Assembly: GCA_036172245.1 (NCBI GenBank)
Contig: JAYWIR010000004.1
Span: forward strand, 2,604,001-2,668,000
Direction: 5' to 3'
Source: Raillietiella orientalis
Taxonomy: Eukaryota
DNA: 64,000 nucleotides
A program made the position numbers and the translations under genes. Of this stretch, positions 62,075-64,000 are shown piece after piece (position 1 is the stretch's first letter; every line of letters begins with the position of its first letter). Below the pieces are notes generated by a model. That model was not told the DNA's origin. It did no database searches and saw only the letters and a program-made list of their open reading frames with translations.

Positions 62075-64000
62075 ATTACCCACCCTTAGGTGGCGTGGAA
62101 CCGTGTCGAAGAACTGCAAAGATAGAAAAGAAAGGATTTCCATCATCCGTGCATCACCATTTCCAATGATCGCAAAAGCAGATGTCGCAGGGAGGCAAAG
62201 ATTCTCCACACGCATTTCTGGAATGCAGACCAGGACTCAAAAGCCTCCTGCAGCCGGGCATTCAAATTCGATGGGCAGCTGGAGATCGACGCTTGGAGTG
62301 CCACTAGAGGTACCCTAAGTGCCCTAAGATAATCGGGTGAAAACGGTGACTGAATTTCGTGACAGTAAGGCTTATGTGACCTCTTACAAGTGGATCGTAT
62401 AAACGCATTACCACCAATCAGCTGATGACGAAAGCTGCCATTCAAGTGATTCTAACGTATGCATCTTTTTGATTGCAAAGTCACTTTAGGTGATCTTCGG
62501 GGCAGCAAAGGCACCTGGGGTCATGATCATGATCCTTCAGAATTACTGGAGAGCTAGCCATTGTCCTTATGCTCGGGCACTCTGCATTTTATGTGCTGAA
62601 AGGATACCTGAATATCCAGGAAATCTAACCTCTACCAGATTTCGAAGGTAGTCTGGCTTTAGATGCGAGAATGACCCAACATGCACCCATGGGCATTCTG
62701 TATGACTTCGGATATGCACAGTTGACCAAATTTCAACTTAACATCCAGGAAATATCAGCCTTAGCATGAAGGGAGCTGAACAAAGAAATAGGTCTGGGCA
62801 TCATATCGGGACGAGATCTTTCACCGGACAACTGGACAAAAGTGCCCCTTGCGGGGCAGCGCTCATCGGAAAGCGCCCCTGAATTTGGAGTTAAAAAAAA
62901 GTCAAAATGAGTTCTTTCATACATCTCAACAGTGCAAAACATCCGAAAGCCAAAAATACTCACCAGCATCTGAATTTGCCGTCTGTTGTTTAATTTTCAT
63001 ACTTTAAGTTTAGAATACTTAAAGTTTAGAATGGATTCAGTTTCATCAAAAAGACTGCTGTTTAGAATACTTGGTTTGAAATGGATTTTTAAAATACAAG
63101 GTTTGGAAAGGATTCAGCTTCATTATCTTTGTAGAATACGTTCTCTCTTGGTATCTTGAACAGTAGAAATTTCCATTGAATCTTCTAAAAAGCCAATTTT
63201 CAAATCTACAGTTTGCAATTTTGAAATCTGCCAATGGACAAATTTGTTTTTGCGGCTGAATTGATTGATTTGCCCAACAAAGGTACTTTCGTTTCAGGAA
63301 GCGGAAGTAGTTTCACACTGCTTTTGCTCTCACTGCCTTTCAAATCAAATATTCTTCTAAATGATCCCTTTTTTACACCAATCAGCAGTTGCATTCGATT
63401 TGCCAGTCCCGGAACAAGCATTTTCAACCAAAGGGATCATTGTCCACCGTTCCCTGTCCTGACAAATTTGCTCTCTACAGATGAGATTCGACTGCGAGCG
63501 AAATGAGGCAACTGGAACAAACAACCTGATGCGGTGTTTATAATGAAATTTAAGTTTGCAAAAGTGAGGAATACATCTTTCACAATCGAAAGCCAAGAAC
63601 TCACTAAACTGCGTTCAAGTCTTACATGCCTGCGGGATAAAAACCACCGGAAATCTTAACGATTTGTACTTTCTTATGTGAAAATCCAGGACCCGAATCA
63701 AGAATGCATCCAGCAGATTCATCCAACGGATCTGGCAGCACAATCTGGATTTTCAAAAAATGCTGTTGCTAACGGCAACAGTGAGCCACTCAAACGGATC
63801 CGGAGCGAGCGCACTGAATGCGGACCACTTCAGGGATTCCATTCAGGCGTCCACATGTATCCTGGGGGTCACAACTCGGCACACCATTTAGTACTTTCCA
63901 CTTGGCATCATGGGCAAACGTTCTCACGAAAATTCTCACTGCTGTACCTTCAATTCCAAAAGAAAACTTAGCATGGCTGGTTTAGTGCGAGCCTCTCATT

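Noticed and set aside
62100..64000. Possible minus-strand exons and degenerate tandem motifs (TTTAGAATAC, GGATTCAG) near 63.0-63.15 kb
   Set aside because: No continuous frame or recognisable product could be built within the window.
1..64000. CRISPR arrays, tRNA/rRNA genes, prokaryotic systems
   Set aside because: No regularly spaced repeat-spacer array or structural RNA signature was seen, and the genes are intron-containing metazoan genes.

Overview
This is eukaryotic (invertebrate metazoan) genomic DNA with spliceosomal GT-AG introns. Four protein-coding genes can be rebuilt exon by exon. (1) A LEM-domain, single-TM inner nuclear membrane protein (emerin-like; 19264-20325, +). (2) Integrator subunit 13/asunder (20547-22973, +), with 11 introns of only 40-49 nt, starting 221 nt after the LEM stop. 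(3) Prickle (PET + 3 LIM + CaaX; 35736-31606, -), inside a GC/CpG-rich block of about 21 kb. (4) Golgin-45/BLZF1 (53267-57283, +). The intergenic gaps hold at least six decayed pieces of one L1/Tx1-like non-LTR retrotransposon family. Three share a distinctive sub-repeat 'head' joined to the 3' part of ORF2 with no EN/RT, and four carry a hairpin at the 3' tail, which suggests a bipartite non-autonomous LINE derivative. There is also a foldback/MITE-like element at 15.4-15.7 kb and a near-perfect palindrome in golgin-45 intron 1. Most ORFs in the supplied track, especially at 33.7-52 kb, are GC shadow ORFs. Homology calls come from recalled family motifs and by-eye alignment; no database search was run.
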